Positions 55,493 to 64,000 of a stretch of DNA of 64,000 bases are shown piece after piece (the first letter of the stretch is position 1; each line of letters begins with the position of its first letter). This stretch comes from Gammaproteobacteria bacterium. Lineage in GTDB: Bacteria; Pseudomonadota; Gammaproteobacteria; S012-40. A model generated the notes under the pieces. The model had not been told where the DNA came from, made no database searches, and saw only the letters and a list, made by a program, of their open reading frames with translations. The DNA lies in contig JAOUMY010000010.1 of the NCBI GenBank assembly GCA_029881255.1, positions 92,653 through 156,652 on the forward strand, given 5' to 3'. The translations under genes were made by a program, and so were the position numbers.

Positions 55493-56783
55493 GTGTTTGC
55501 TGGTGACGATGGTTAGTCTCGGCACCGTGCAGAGTTTGCATGCAAAAAGCGGCGATCTGGAGTTGTTGGACCGAATTGCGGCTATTGTTAACGACGACGT
55601 CATTACAGTGAATGGTCTTGAGCGCCAAGTTGAGCGCGTTCGTCAACAGATACGTCAACAGCAAACCATCGCGCCTCCCGTCAATGTGTTGCGTCGCCAG
55701 GTGCTGGAGCGCGAAATCAGCAAACATTTGCAGTTGCAGTTTGCACGCAATACCGGGATTTTTGTCGATGACAATGCATTGAACAGCACGATAGAAAATA
55801 TCGCCGCGCAAAATAAAATGGACATACGCGAGTTTCGCCAGGTGCTCGAGAGCGATGGCGTTGCCTTTGATCAGTTCCGTGAAGATGTTCGCGATGAAAT
55901 GATAATTGCCCGTTTACAGCAGCGGGAAGTTGTCAGTCGTATCTTGGTGACTGAACAGGAAGTAGAGAGTTTCATCGCAACGCAACAAGTTCAGGGCGCG
56001 TCTGATTCGGAGTTTCATATTTCCCATATTCTCATTGCGCTGCCCGAGGCCGCCAGTCCGGAAGTGATCGAGAAAAAGCGTAAACAGGCAGGAGAGATAC
56101 TGAAAAACCTGCGCAAGGGTGCAGACTTTGCGCAAACGGCAATCAGTAGTTCAGATGGACAGCAAGCCTTGAAAGGTGGCGACCTCGGTTGGCGTCGTTC
56201 CGGGCAATTACCGACCTTGTTTTCACGTTTGTTACCACAAATGAAAAGCGGAGATATCAGCGACCTGATTCGCAGTCCGAGTGGATTTCACATTATCAAA
56301 TTGAATGAGATGCGGCGTGGAGAACAGCACATTGTTACCCAAACACTGTCGCGACATATTCTGATCAAGCCAAGCGCATTGATTACCGAAACCGAAGCGA
56401 TTAGTCGTTTGCGAAATCTACGTAATCGTATCCTCGATGGTGACAGTTTCGAAGAACTGGCTCGATCTCATAGCGAGGATAGAGTTTCGGCATCGGATGG
56501 CGGAAGCCTGGGCTGGAGTAATCCAGGTACCATGGTGCCTCAGTTTGAGGCAGTAGTGGATCAATTAAAGAAAAACCAGATCAGCGAGCCATTTCAATCG
56601 GCGTTTGGCTGGCATATCGTGCAATTGCTCGATCGACGCGAGCTCGACAATAGTGAAGAATATCAGCGTAACCAGGCAAGAGATTTTATTCGAGAAAGAA
56701 AGACAGAAGAGAATCGAGATACCTGGTTGCGTCAATTGCGTAGCGAGGCCTTTGTTGAAATTAAAATAGAAGACAGGCTGTAG
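55449..56783 (+). CDS. surA: Periplasmic chaperone / peptidyl-prolyl isomerase SurA
   Basis: Signal peptide, a SurA N-domain (LDRIAAIVNDDVIT) and two parvulin domains (GGDLGW...GFHIIKL and GGSLGW...GWHIVQL). An alternative start is the ATG at 55467. Confidence 0.9.
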   Translation: MEKINLMKLEKVVSRCLLVTMVSLGTVQSLHAKSGDLELLDRIAAIVNDDVITVNGLERQVERVRQQIRQQQTIAPPVNVLRRQVLEREISKHLQLQFARNTGIFVDDNALNSTIENIAAQNKMDIREFRQVLESDGVAFDQFREDVRDEMIIARLQQREVVSRILVTEQEVESFIATQQVQGASDSEFHISHILIALPEAASPEVIEKKRKQAGEILKNLRKGADFAQTAISSSDGQQALKGGDLGWRRSGQLPTLFSRLLPQMKSGDISDLIRSPSGFHIIKLNEMRRGEQHIVTQTLSRHILIKPSALITETEAISRLRNLRNRILDGDSFEELARSHSEDRVSASDGGSLGWSNPGTMVPQFEAVVDQLKKNQISEPFQSAFGWHIVQLLDRRELDNSEEYQRNQARDFIRERKTEENRDTWLRQLRSEAFVEIKIEDRL

Positions 56784-56784
56784 C

Positions 56785-57768
56785 GTGAGCACATTGCCTC
56801 GTATCGCGGTGACGCCCGGCGAACCCGCGGGAATCGGTCCGGATATTTGTCTTAACCTGGCGAAACATGCGTTTGATGCGCAGTTGGTCTTCGTTACCGA
56901 TATTCAACTCTTGCGTGAGCGTGCGCAGATGCTGAATGAGCAGGTGACGGTTATTCCCTGGGACGGTACTACACGAGCACATACGCCGGGTGTATTGTCG
57001 GTGCTGCAGGAAAACATGTTTACCAGCGTCCGCCCTGGTGAATTAGATGTGGCAAACGCGCAGTTTGTGTTGAATACGCTTGCCGTTGCGGTTGATGCCT
57101 GTCTGGATCACACCTTTGATGCCCTGGTAACCGGGCCAGTACAGAAAAGCGTTATCAACGACGCCGGCATAGTCTTTTCCGGGCACACGGAGTTTTTGGC
57201 GCAGCGATGTGAAGCGCCCTTGCCGGTGATGATGTTGACCACCGAAAATCTGCGTGTAGCGCTTGTCACTACCCATTTGCCGCTACGAGAAATTCCTCCA
57301 CACATCACTCGTGCACGCGTCCAACAGGTTTTGGAAATTCTATATGCGGATTTGCAGAACAAATATGGCATAGACGATCCTGCGATTTTGGTCTGTGGAC
57401 TCAATCCTCATGCCGGTGAAGATGGGCATCTTGGAACGGAAGAAATCACTGAGATTACGCCGGCGATAACGGAGTTGCGCGCGCGCGGCTGGAATATCAC
57501 TGGCCCTCTTCCAGCAGACACCTTGTTCACCCCTCGTTATCTGGATGATGCGGATGCTGTGCTCGCCATGTATCACGATCAGGGTTTGCCGGTTTTGAAG
57601 TACGCGGGATTTGGCAACGCAATAAACGTAACCCTAGGGCTGCCTATCATTCGAACATCTGTCGATCATGGAACGGCGATGACTCTGGCGGGAAGCGGAA
57701 AAGCCAATGCCAATAGTTTGATATTGGCGGTTAATACGGCAATAGACATGATCAGGCGGCGTCGATGA
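56785..57768 (+). CDS. pdxA: 4-hydroxythreonine-4-phosphate dehydrogenase PdxA
   Basis: 327 aa with TPGEPAGIGPD, GHTEFLA, LNPHAGE and TSVDHGTA. Confidence 0.92.
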   Translation: MSTLPRIAVTPGEPAGIGPDICLNLAKHAFDAQLVFVTDIQLLRERAQMLNEQVTVIPWDGTTRAHTPGVLSVLQENMFTSVRPGELDVANAQFVLNTLAVAVDACLDHTFDALVTGPVQKSVINDAGIVFSGHTEFLAQRCEAPLPVMMLTTENLRVALVTTHLPLREIPPHITRARVQQVLEILYADLQNKYGIDDPAILVCGLNPHAGEDGHLGTEEITEITPAITELRARGWNITGPLPADTLFTPRYLDDADAVLAMYHDQGLPVLKYAGFGNAINVTLGLPIIRTSVDHGTAMTLAGSGKANANSLILAVNTAIDMIRRRR

Positions 57769-58559
57769 AACATCAAGCACGTAAGCGATTTGGACAAAAT
57801 TTTTTGCATGACCCAGCGGTTATCCAGCGCATAGTCTCATCGATTACGCCACGGCCGGATGATTGTATGGTCGAGATTGGGCCGGGCATGGGAGCGATTA
57901 CGAGATCCTTGCTAGAGGCCTGTGGCGAATTGGATGTGGTCGAAATCGATAGAGATTTGATCCCGATTTTGGAGACTGAGCTCGCTGGTTTGGGTAAGTT
58001 GACCGTGCACAATGTCGATGCGCTGAAATTTGATTTCCGTACATTGCAACGTGACGAGTGTAAGCTACGTGTGGTTGGAAACTTGCCCTACAATATTTCT
58101 ACACCGCTGGTGTTTCGTTTGATATCGCAGATTGAAGCGATTAAAGACATGCATTTTATGCTGCAAAAGGAAGTGGTGGATCGCATGATCGCACGGCCTG
58201 ACAGTTCTGATTACGGAAGACTGAGCGTGATGTGTCAGTACCATTGCACCACGGAAAAGTTATTCGTCGTTTCGCCAGGTGCGTTTAATCCGCGACCGAA
58301 AGTCGACTCTGCCATTGTGCGTCTTATTCCACATCCTCGAATCGAACTTGTTGCAGATGACTATATTGAGTTCAGTCGCATGGTCAATCATTGTTTTACG
58401 CAACGTCGCAAGACGCTGCGCAACAATCTAAAAAACCTCTTGCCTGCTGAACACATCGAAGAATTGGGAATTGATCCAGGTACACGAGCGGAGACGCTAA
58501 CAGTTAATCTGTTTGTGCAACTGGCCAACAGTATTACGGCTTTAAAGCGTTCTGTCTGA
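57765..58559 (+). CDS. rsmA: 16S rRNA (adenine1518/1519-N6)-dimethyltransferase RsmA/KsgA
   Basis: RKRFGQNFLHD, EIGPGMGAIT and GNLPYNISTP. Overlaps the pdxA stop by 4 nt. Confidence 0.92.
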   Translation: MKHQARKRFGQNFLHDPAVIQRIVSSITPRPDDCMVEIGPGMGAITRSLLEACGELDVVEIDRDLIPILETELAGLGKLTVHNVDALKFDFRTLQRDECKLRVVGNLPYNISTPLVFRLISQIEAIKDMHFMLQKEVVDRMIARPDSSDYGRLSVMCQYHCTTEKLFVVSPGAFNPRPKVDSAIVRLIPHPRIELVADDYIEFSRMVNHCFTQRRKTLRNNLKNLLPAEHIEELGIDPGTRAETLTVNLFVQLANSITALKRSV

Positions 58560-59582
58560 TTTTAATTGCGGTGAGGAGGGGCAACGATGCTGATGTCTCG
58601 CCAGACGGATATCTTTGTTTTTGCCACAAATCGCTGAACATTTTTCATAATATTCTCTTGGCGTTTTACGATGCCCGGTCATTTGTTCGCAACGATTCTG
58701 ACAGCTTGAGGCGCGTTGTTCGATGGACGTGATAGGGTTTTTCTTGCACCAGGATAAATCTAATTGTTGTTGTCTTTGTTGACGTGCTTTATCAGCAGCG
58801 GCAATGCGTTTCAATTTTTCTTCACTGTTGCATATAACGCGTTCACCATCAATTACGATGGAGCGTTTGTAAAAGCCGGTTTCAGTTTTTGGTATGTCCT
58901 TGGCGTAGCCAAACTCATGGCATTTTTCCAATGTGCTATTAAATCGCTGGACGACAGCTTTCGCACACTCACCCTTGACCAAAGTGTCACATTTTTCCCA
59001 CGCCAGGCATTGTTGCTGCAAACCGGCTACGCATTCATCGCGACTAAAAGCAGGTAGCGTAGTCTCTGCTTTCTTTTCCTCTGTCGCGATAGTAGCGGTT
59101 GATGGCGTAATGTTGATGCCATGTATGCCAGACTCAATGTGGTCTTCCCCTCGAATGTGCAGTTTGCCACCGACGATGGCATCGCCACCAATGACAGCGT
59201 TGCCAGAGATGTTTGCGTCATCTTTTATATGCGCATTGTCTTGAACGCGCGCATTTCCATAGACGCGGGCATTGTCTGAAATAATGGCTTCGCCGCTAAT
59301 CACCGCATTGCCGTATATACGAGCGTCGTCGAGTACGCTGGCGCTTCCACATACCGCGGCAGTTGCTGCGATACGCGCGCTAACGTCGACATCGGCAGAG
59401 TTTGATACAAAACCACCTTCTCGCGGGTTTTCATCTTGATAGTTAGTGAATATATATCCCTTTTCATCCGGGCATAGGGGCGAGCTTGCGGCCAGCGCAT
59501 GATCCGTAAATACAAAGCTAAGTAGATACAAGATAGGGAGATTGATCAGATTTGGCTTTATGTAAAGTCGAATGTTTTGCAT
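58542..59582 (-). CDS. Secreted protein with hexapeptide/beta-helix-like repeats and a Cys-rich C-terminal half (unknown function)
   Basis: 346 aa with a signal peptide (...FTDHALA). The stretch ARIYGNAVISGEAIISDNARVYGNARVQDNAHIKDDANISGNAVIGGDAIVGG is repetitive. The C-terminal half has about 12 Cys. The 3' end overlaps rsmA by 18 nt (convergent). Confidence 0.45.
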   Translation of the reverse strand: MQNIRLYIKPNLINLPILYLLSFVFTDHALAASSPLCPDEKGYIFTNYQDENPREGGFVSNSADVDVSARIAATAAVCGSASVLDDARIYGNAVISGEAIISDNARVYGNARVQDNAHIKDDANISGNAVIGGDAIVGGKLHIRGEDHIESGIHGINITPSTATIATEEKKAETTLPAFSRDECVAGLQQQCLAWEKCDTLVKGECAKAVVQRFNSTLEKCHEFGYAKDIPKTETGFYKRSIVIDGERVICNSEEKLKRIAAADKARQQRQQQLDLSWCKKNPITSIEQRASSCQNRCEQMTGHRKTPREYYEKCSAICGKNKDIRLARHQHRCPSSPQLKSDRTL

Positions 59583-59651
59583 TCTGGTTCTGCCGTGAAC
59601 AGGAAAGCGTATAAAGGGGATACAATGAGCGTGCCGTAGGCCTCATTTTAC

Positions 59652-61532
59652 CTAATTCTGGCGTAAGGTGAAGAAGGAAATTGACTGCTGAAGTGAGTTG
59701 GCATGTTCATGCATCTCCTCCGAGGCGGCGGCGAGTTCTTCGGATGAGGCTGCATTTTTCTGCGCGATCTTACCAAGGTCTGACATAACGGTGTTGAGTT
59801 GTTTGACGCTGCCCGCTTGTTCATAACTGAAAGTCGCGATCTCTTGAACCAGTGTTGCGGTGTGGTCGATTTTTGGAAAAATCGCCTTGAGTAGTGAATT
59901 GGCATTTTCCGCAATGCCGACAGTGTTTTGAGTCAAGCTGACGATCTCCTGCGCAGACTTCTGACTAATTTCTGCCAGTTTCCGGACCTCGTCTGCCACC
60001 ACGGAAAAGCCTCGGCCGTATTCACCGGCGCGGGCGGCTTCGATAGAGGCATTTAGTGCCAGCAAATTAGTCTTGTAAGCGATCTCTTCAATCATGGTAA
60101 TCCGGTCGGCGATGAGATGCATGGCGGTCATCGTGTCTTCCATGGCCTCGCTACTCTGCGCAGCCATCTCGGAAGTTGTCTTCGCCGTGTCATTGGTCGT
60201 TTGCGCGTTCTCAGTGCTTTGGACTATGGTAGTCGTCATCTCCTCCAGTGAAGCATTTGTTTGCTCAACACTTGCGGCTTGCGCGCTTGATGCGGAGCTC
60301 AAGTGCGACGCTGTCTGACTGATATGCCTGGATGATGAGGCAACTGAGCTTGTGGTCTCCGCTACTTCCGTTATCACTTTCGACAGATGTACGAGCATGT
60401 TTTGCATTGATGCCAACAGGCGCCCAGTTTCGTCCTTGCTATCCACGACAATTTCCACGTCAAGTCTACCCTGGGACATTTCCGACGCGGCGTGTACCGC
60501 CTTTCCTATACGGTCAACAACTTCGCGTGTGATTAATAGTGCAAGCCCTGTCGCAACGATCAGAACGACTAACATGAGCACTACATGGCTGCTCGCGGAT
60601 GTGCGGGCCGCTAAAGTTAGATCGCCAGTGAGCTGTATTAATTTCTCAGAGAGATGATCTTCGACCTTTTTTAGCAAATCTATCTTGCCAGATTGAAGAT
60701 TGAACCAGTTTGTCGCGTCCACGCCGAATTCGCCAGTGTTGGCTTTGTCTGTCGCGATCTGACGCATGCGCTCCGTTTCAGTCATGTAGTGACCTTGCAT
60801 CGTATCGACATAAAAGTCTTTTTGTTCCTCATTCGCCGACATCTGAAAAGTTTTGATGAAGGCGTCCTGCTCAGCCACGTTTGAAATGAAACGTTGAAAT
60901 TCTCCTTTTTCGAATTCTTCACGGGCAAAGGCATTTGTTAGTATGGCGTGTTCAATACCTGCCAATTCCTTACCTAAAAGAAAATTAGTGTAACTGGTCG
61001 ACATTCGGGTGATATCGGCGTTATTGCTTAGTTTGGGCAAAACGCCGATCATGTTGATTATCGCATTGCTGGCCTCAGTAAAACTGTGTACAGCATCTGT
61101 CGTGGATATTTCCAGGCGCAGCATTGCGTCACGTTTGTCGTCAATTCGAGCCAGGCTTTCATTTCCTGTTCTCAATTGCTGTTTGAATTCGGTTCCGAAA
61201 TTGTCGAAATTAAACGCAGCAAGCGCGCTTAGATATTGCCCCGCTACTTCACGGGTGAGTTCTTGTTGAGCAGGAAGATGGTCGGCAAACTCAAATCCAC
61301 GACTGCCAAGAAATCCGGCAGCCAATCCCCGTTCTTTCTGTAGTTCGTGAACCAAGGCTCCTGCCTTGACGGCAAGACTGGCAAGCGCGTCCATTTTTTC
61401 TAGTCTGTCGAGGCTTTGGAACTTATCTAAAATCGTGCTTGTGGACAAAAAGAACAATGCTGTTAACGGTAAGCAGGTAATCAACAATAGTTTATTCCTG
61501 ATCGATAGATGTCGGAAAAAACGCATTTGCAA
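59652..61532 (-). CDS. Methyl-accepting chemotaxis protein with NIT ligand domain (paralogue of 29086-30966)
   Basis: 626 aa with [22 protein letters not shown] and the MCP hairpin [40 protein letters not shown]. Confidence 0.85.
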   Translation of the reverse strand: MQMRFFRHLSIRNKLLLITCLPLTALFFLSTSTILDKFQSLDRLEKMDALASLAVKAGALVHELQKERGLAAGFLGSRGFEFADHLPAQQELTREVAGQYLSALAAFNFDNFGTEFKQQLRTGNESLARIDDKRDAMLRLEISTTDAVHSFTEASNAIINMIGVLPKLSNNADITRMSTSYTNFLLGKELAGIEHAILTNAFAREEFEKGEFQRFISNVAEQDAFIKTFQMSANEEQKDFYVDTMQGHYMTETERMRQIATDKANTGEFGVDATNWFNLQSGKIDLLKKVEDHLSEKLIQLTGDLTLAARTSASSHVVLMLVVLIVATGLALLITREVVDRIGKAVHAASEMSQGRLDVEIVVDSKDETGRLLASMQNMLVHLSKVITEVAETTSSVASSSRHISQTASHLSSASSAQAASVEQTNASLEEMTTTIVQSTENAQTTNDTAKTTSEMAAQSSEAMEDTMTAMHLIADRITMIEEIAYKTNLLALNASIEAARAGEYGRGFSVVADEVRKLAEISQKSAQEIVSLTQNTVGIAENANSLLKAIFPKIDHTATLVQEIATFSYEQAGSVKQLNTVMSDLGKIAQKNAASSEELAAASEEMHEHANSLQQSISFFTLRQN

Positions 61533-61705
61533 AACCTATGATTATTGAAGTGTTATTCTTTCGTGTTGCTCGTTTTTTAGCATCGCCAGGTGAAACACTA
61601 TAATTTCCGGCGACCAGATATATTCTCGGTATGGTTATAGGAAACTTGAGAAGAACCGGGGTATTTGCCACTGAAAAGCGCAAAAGAAAACGTGATTTAG
61701 TAAGC

Positions 61706-62224
61706 CTATTGTTTTTGTGAGTGAGTAGACGGCCTAAAACTCAAGTAGATAAGTATGAATGCTCCCGCCATGATGACCATGTCGGCGACATTAAATATGC
61801 CTGTACGTAGTGAGCCAATACCGACATTTAGGAAGTCAACAACATGCCCATTACGAAACCCGCGATCGATGAGGTTACCCAGGCCACCGCCTAATAGCAG
61901 ACACCAGGATAGCAATTCCAGCCCATTGACCTTCTTATTGATGAGTATATAGGCGAGCAAACCGATGAGAAATATAGCCGTAAGCACAATAAATATAGCG
62001 GTCCGTATTCCCTCGTCGAGGTTGCTGCCCATGCCCAGAAAAGCGCCTGTGTTTTCAGTTACGCCGAGGCGCAAGGTATCGCCAAGAAAACTGTAACGAT
62101 CGCTGCCTATCCATTGTTGAGCAGCGACTTTGCTCAGTTGATCGGCGATTATGCTAACGAATATGACAGTGAAGATGTAGATGAGTCGTTTGATGTTTGT
62201 CTCCTTATTCACGAATCGCTTCAA
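61706..62224 (-). CDS. lspA: Lipoprotein signal peptidase (signal peptidase II) family protein
   Basis: 172 aa with 4 TM helices. LspA motifs DQLSK, ENTGAFLG, GGGLGNLIDR, VVDF and FNVADM are present. It is not in the usual ileS-lspA context, so it may be a paralogue. Confidence 0.7.
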   Translation of the reverse strand: MKRFVNKETNIKRLIYIFTVIFVSIIADQLSKVAAQQWIGSDRYSFLGDTLRLGVTENTGAFLGMGSNLDEGIRTAIFIVLTAIFLIGLLAYILINKKVNGLELLSWCLLLGGGLGNLIDRGFRNGHVVDFLNVGIGSLRTGIFNVADMVIMAGAFILIYLSFRPSTHSQKQ

Positions 62225-62786
62225 CCTGGAACCACAGTTTCATGGTATCGCCAATATTGGGTAATCCATATTTGCTACCAAACTCTGAACGTTTGATTTG
62301 AGTCTGCGCTTCCATGCCACACGTGTCTTTCTTGGACATAGGGTTCTTGCCGCAACGGATACGCGTAACTTCCAGTTGCACCGGACGTGTGACGCCGAGC
62401 ATGGTTAAATCGCCCTCGACGATTGCCTGAGATTCGCCGGTAAACTTAAGATTGCGCGAATTGTATTTGATCTTTGGAAATTCCATAACATTGAGAAAGT
62501 CGGGAGAGCGGAGATGATCATCGCGCTTCTGATAGCCGGTAGATATCGATACGGCTGCAATCTCGATCGATACAAAGCCGTTATTGTTGTCCTTGTCTAT
62601 CATTAGTCGGCCAGTTGTTTGATCAAACCGTCCATACAATGTCGAAAAATCCAGGTGATCGATGGCAAAGTGCGGGTAAGTATGAGTTGGATCGATTTCA
62701 AAATATTCCGGTTGCGCCTGGGCAATAGGCGTCGCCAGCATCAATAGACATAGCCAGTGTGTTTTGCGCATGGTTCCTCTCCTCAT
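62205..62786 (-). CDS. yceI: YceI-like periplasmic (polyisoprenoid-binding) protein
   Basis: 193 aa with a signal peptide, then YFEIDPTHTYPHFAIDHLDFSTLYGRFD..TG typical of the YceI family. Overlaps the downstream lspA-like gene by 20 nt. Confidence 0.8.
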   Translation of the reverse strand: MRRGTMRKTHWLCLLMLATPIAQAQPEYFEIDPTHTYPHFAIDHLDFSTLYGRFDQTTGRLMIDKDNNNGFVSIEIAAVSISTGYQKRDDHLRSPDFLNVMEFPKIKYNSRNLKFTGESQAIVEGDLTMLGVTRPVQLEVTRIRCGKNPMSKKDTCGMEAQTQIKRSEFGSKYGLPNIGDTMKLWFQVEAIRE

Positions 62787-62934
62787 GAGTGTGTCTCTTA
62801 TCGACCTGATTTTATTGTCGTTATGGCGAACGGCTTAAGTTACCAGCGCCGTCTGCGCGGTGCAAGCTTGCGTGTATATTTTCCTGCGTTACAATAGCGA
62901 TCAACAAGAAAATCAATAAATGAAAAGAATAACG

Positions 62935-64000
62935 ATGAAAAAAATATCTGCGCTCGTCCTCCTATTATGGTTTTCCAGCTGTAGCAACGACCCGGAACAA
63001 GGCATCTTCGTCGATGCGCCTGTCGAAGGGCTTGCCTACCACAGTGCGTCTCACGCTGGCCGCACCGGCGCGAATGGGGAGTTCGCCTATGAACCTCAGG
63101 AAAATATCCGATTTTCTCTTGCTAATCTGACGCTTGGCGAATCTCAAGCCAAGGCCGAGCTTAGTCCCTATGATCTCGTCAGTCGCCCTGATGGTTCGAT
63201 AGACCTGGATAAACTTGCCAATATTGCCCGTTTGCTCCAAACCCTGGACAAAGATGAGAACGCGGAAAACGGTATCCAGTTACCGTCCATCGAGCCATCG
63301 AAACGTACGATCGACCTTGCCCAAGGCCGCCGTCAGTTTGAACAAGATCCAGAAGTACTGACTCTATTGGCGAGCGCTGGCAGAAATCAGGGTTTGATAT
63401 CTGCTGGACAAGCACTCGTTCACCTCCAGCAACATACCAAGCGAGAATTGGCCGGCGAGACTTTCACTATTGGTGGTGTGATCACCGGACTTAGCGGCGA
63501 CGTGGTCCTGGCAAATCATGGCGTCGAGCATCTGAATCTCTCTCAAAATGGAAACTTCGAATTCACGCTGCCTTTGTTAGATGGTGAAGACTATAAAGTT
63601 ACTGTTGCTACTCAGCCGCAAAACGGTGAATGTAGCGTTCAAAATGGCGAAGGGCTAGTAGTTGGAGCCAATGTTAATTACATCATTGTCTTTTGTGACG
63701 GTGGTGACAATACAGCTTTAGCACGCATCAATCAGTTGCAAGGTGTGCTGGAGATTACCACTGTTAGTGGGTATCGCATTGTCGTTAATCGTAGCGGCGA
63801 CATTCCGATTGCATTACCTGTGAACGAACGCAATAGCACTCGCTTTACAATCGATCGTCAACCGGAAGGGCAGTGGTGTACGCTGGCGTCGAATTCAAAC
63901 TCGGATTTTCTTTTTGAGGTGCAATGCGTTGCCTACCTCTATCACGTAGGTGGGACTGCGAGTGGAATTAGTGGTGCCGTCAGTCTGAGGTTGAACAAAC
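62935..64000 (+). CDS. Lipoprotein, partial (runs off the window end), with repeated ~80-aa beta-rich modules
   Basis: My own translation gives MKKISALVLLLWFSSCSNDPEQ... (lipobox WFSSC), and the frame stays open to position 64000. The module F.IGG.I.GL.G.V.L.N.G...L....NG.F.F...L..G..Y.V.V..QP....C.V.NG.G appears once in full and starts again at the end. It is absent from the ORF track because it has no stop. Confidence 0.6.
   Translation, partial: MKKISALVLLLWFSSCSNDPEQGIFVDAPVEGLAYHSASHAGRTGANGEFAYEPQENIRFSLANLTLGESQAKAELSPYDLVSRPDGSIDLDKLANIARLLQTLDKDENAENGIQLPSIEPSKRTIDLAQGRRQFEQDPEVLTLLASAGRNQGLISAGQALVHLQQHTKRELAGETFTIGGVITGLSGDVVLANHGVEHLNLSQNGNFEFTLPLLDGEDYKVTVATQPQNGECSVQNGEGLVVGANVNYIIVFCDGGDNTALARINQLQGVLEITTVSGYRIVVNRSGDIPIALPVNERNSTRFTIDRQPEGQWCTLASNSNSDFLFEVQCVAYLYHVGGTASGISGAVSLRLNK

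Noticed and set aside
1-64000. CRISPR arrays, IS elements, prophage or known defence-system genes
   Set aside because: Scanning found no regularly spaced direct repeats other than the two-copy tRNA-Arg repeat. No transposase, integrase, nuclease or ATPase combinations typical of defence islands appear in the ORF translations.

Overview
This is a gammaproteobacterial chromosomal segment. Most of it is conserved housekeeping synteny, broken by a few accessory insertions. Recognisable core blocks are: htpX; epmB<>efp-epmA (a complete EF-P beta-lysylation module); psd; pncC; recA-recX-alaS-lysC-csrA-tRNA-Ser(GCU)-tRNA-Arg(ACG), the same order as in E. coli; sfsA; relA-mazG; hrpA; murU-amgK divergent from lptD-surA-pdxA-rsmA; and lspA-like/yceI. 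The window is rich in signalling genes. These include a FimX-like degenerate REC-PAS-GGDEF-EAL protein, three PilZ or PilZ-like proteins, a HAMP-GGDEF-EAL enzyme, a hybrid sensor kinase, a FIST + histidine kinase pair, and two 626-aa NIT-domain chemoreceptors. The most unusual region is 40.3-48.6 kb. It holds an OprO/P-like porin, a periplasmic DsrE-like protein and a six-CxxCH cytochrome c. That cytochrome's reading frame breaks inside an A9 run that reads A_AAA_AAG in frame, which suggests a -1 frameshift, transcriptional slippage or a homopolymer error. Divergent from this unit sit a five-heme cytochrome and an NHL-propeller lipoprotein, followed by an outer-membrane barrel / unknown / glycosyltransferase-like operon. 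Other notable points: a WYL-domain regulator divergent from recA, inside an insertion that splits pncC from recA; a perfect 36-bp-arm palindrome that includes the 3' end of tRNA-Ser; a tandem repeat carrying a tRNA-Arg 3' remnant; and a beta-lactamase-fold protein without the SxxK catalytic motif. I saw no CRISPR array, transposase, integrase or recognisable phage-defence genes. All calls rest on reading the translated ORFs and the nucleotide sequence by eye. No database search was run.
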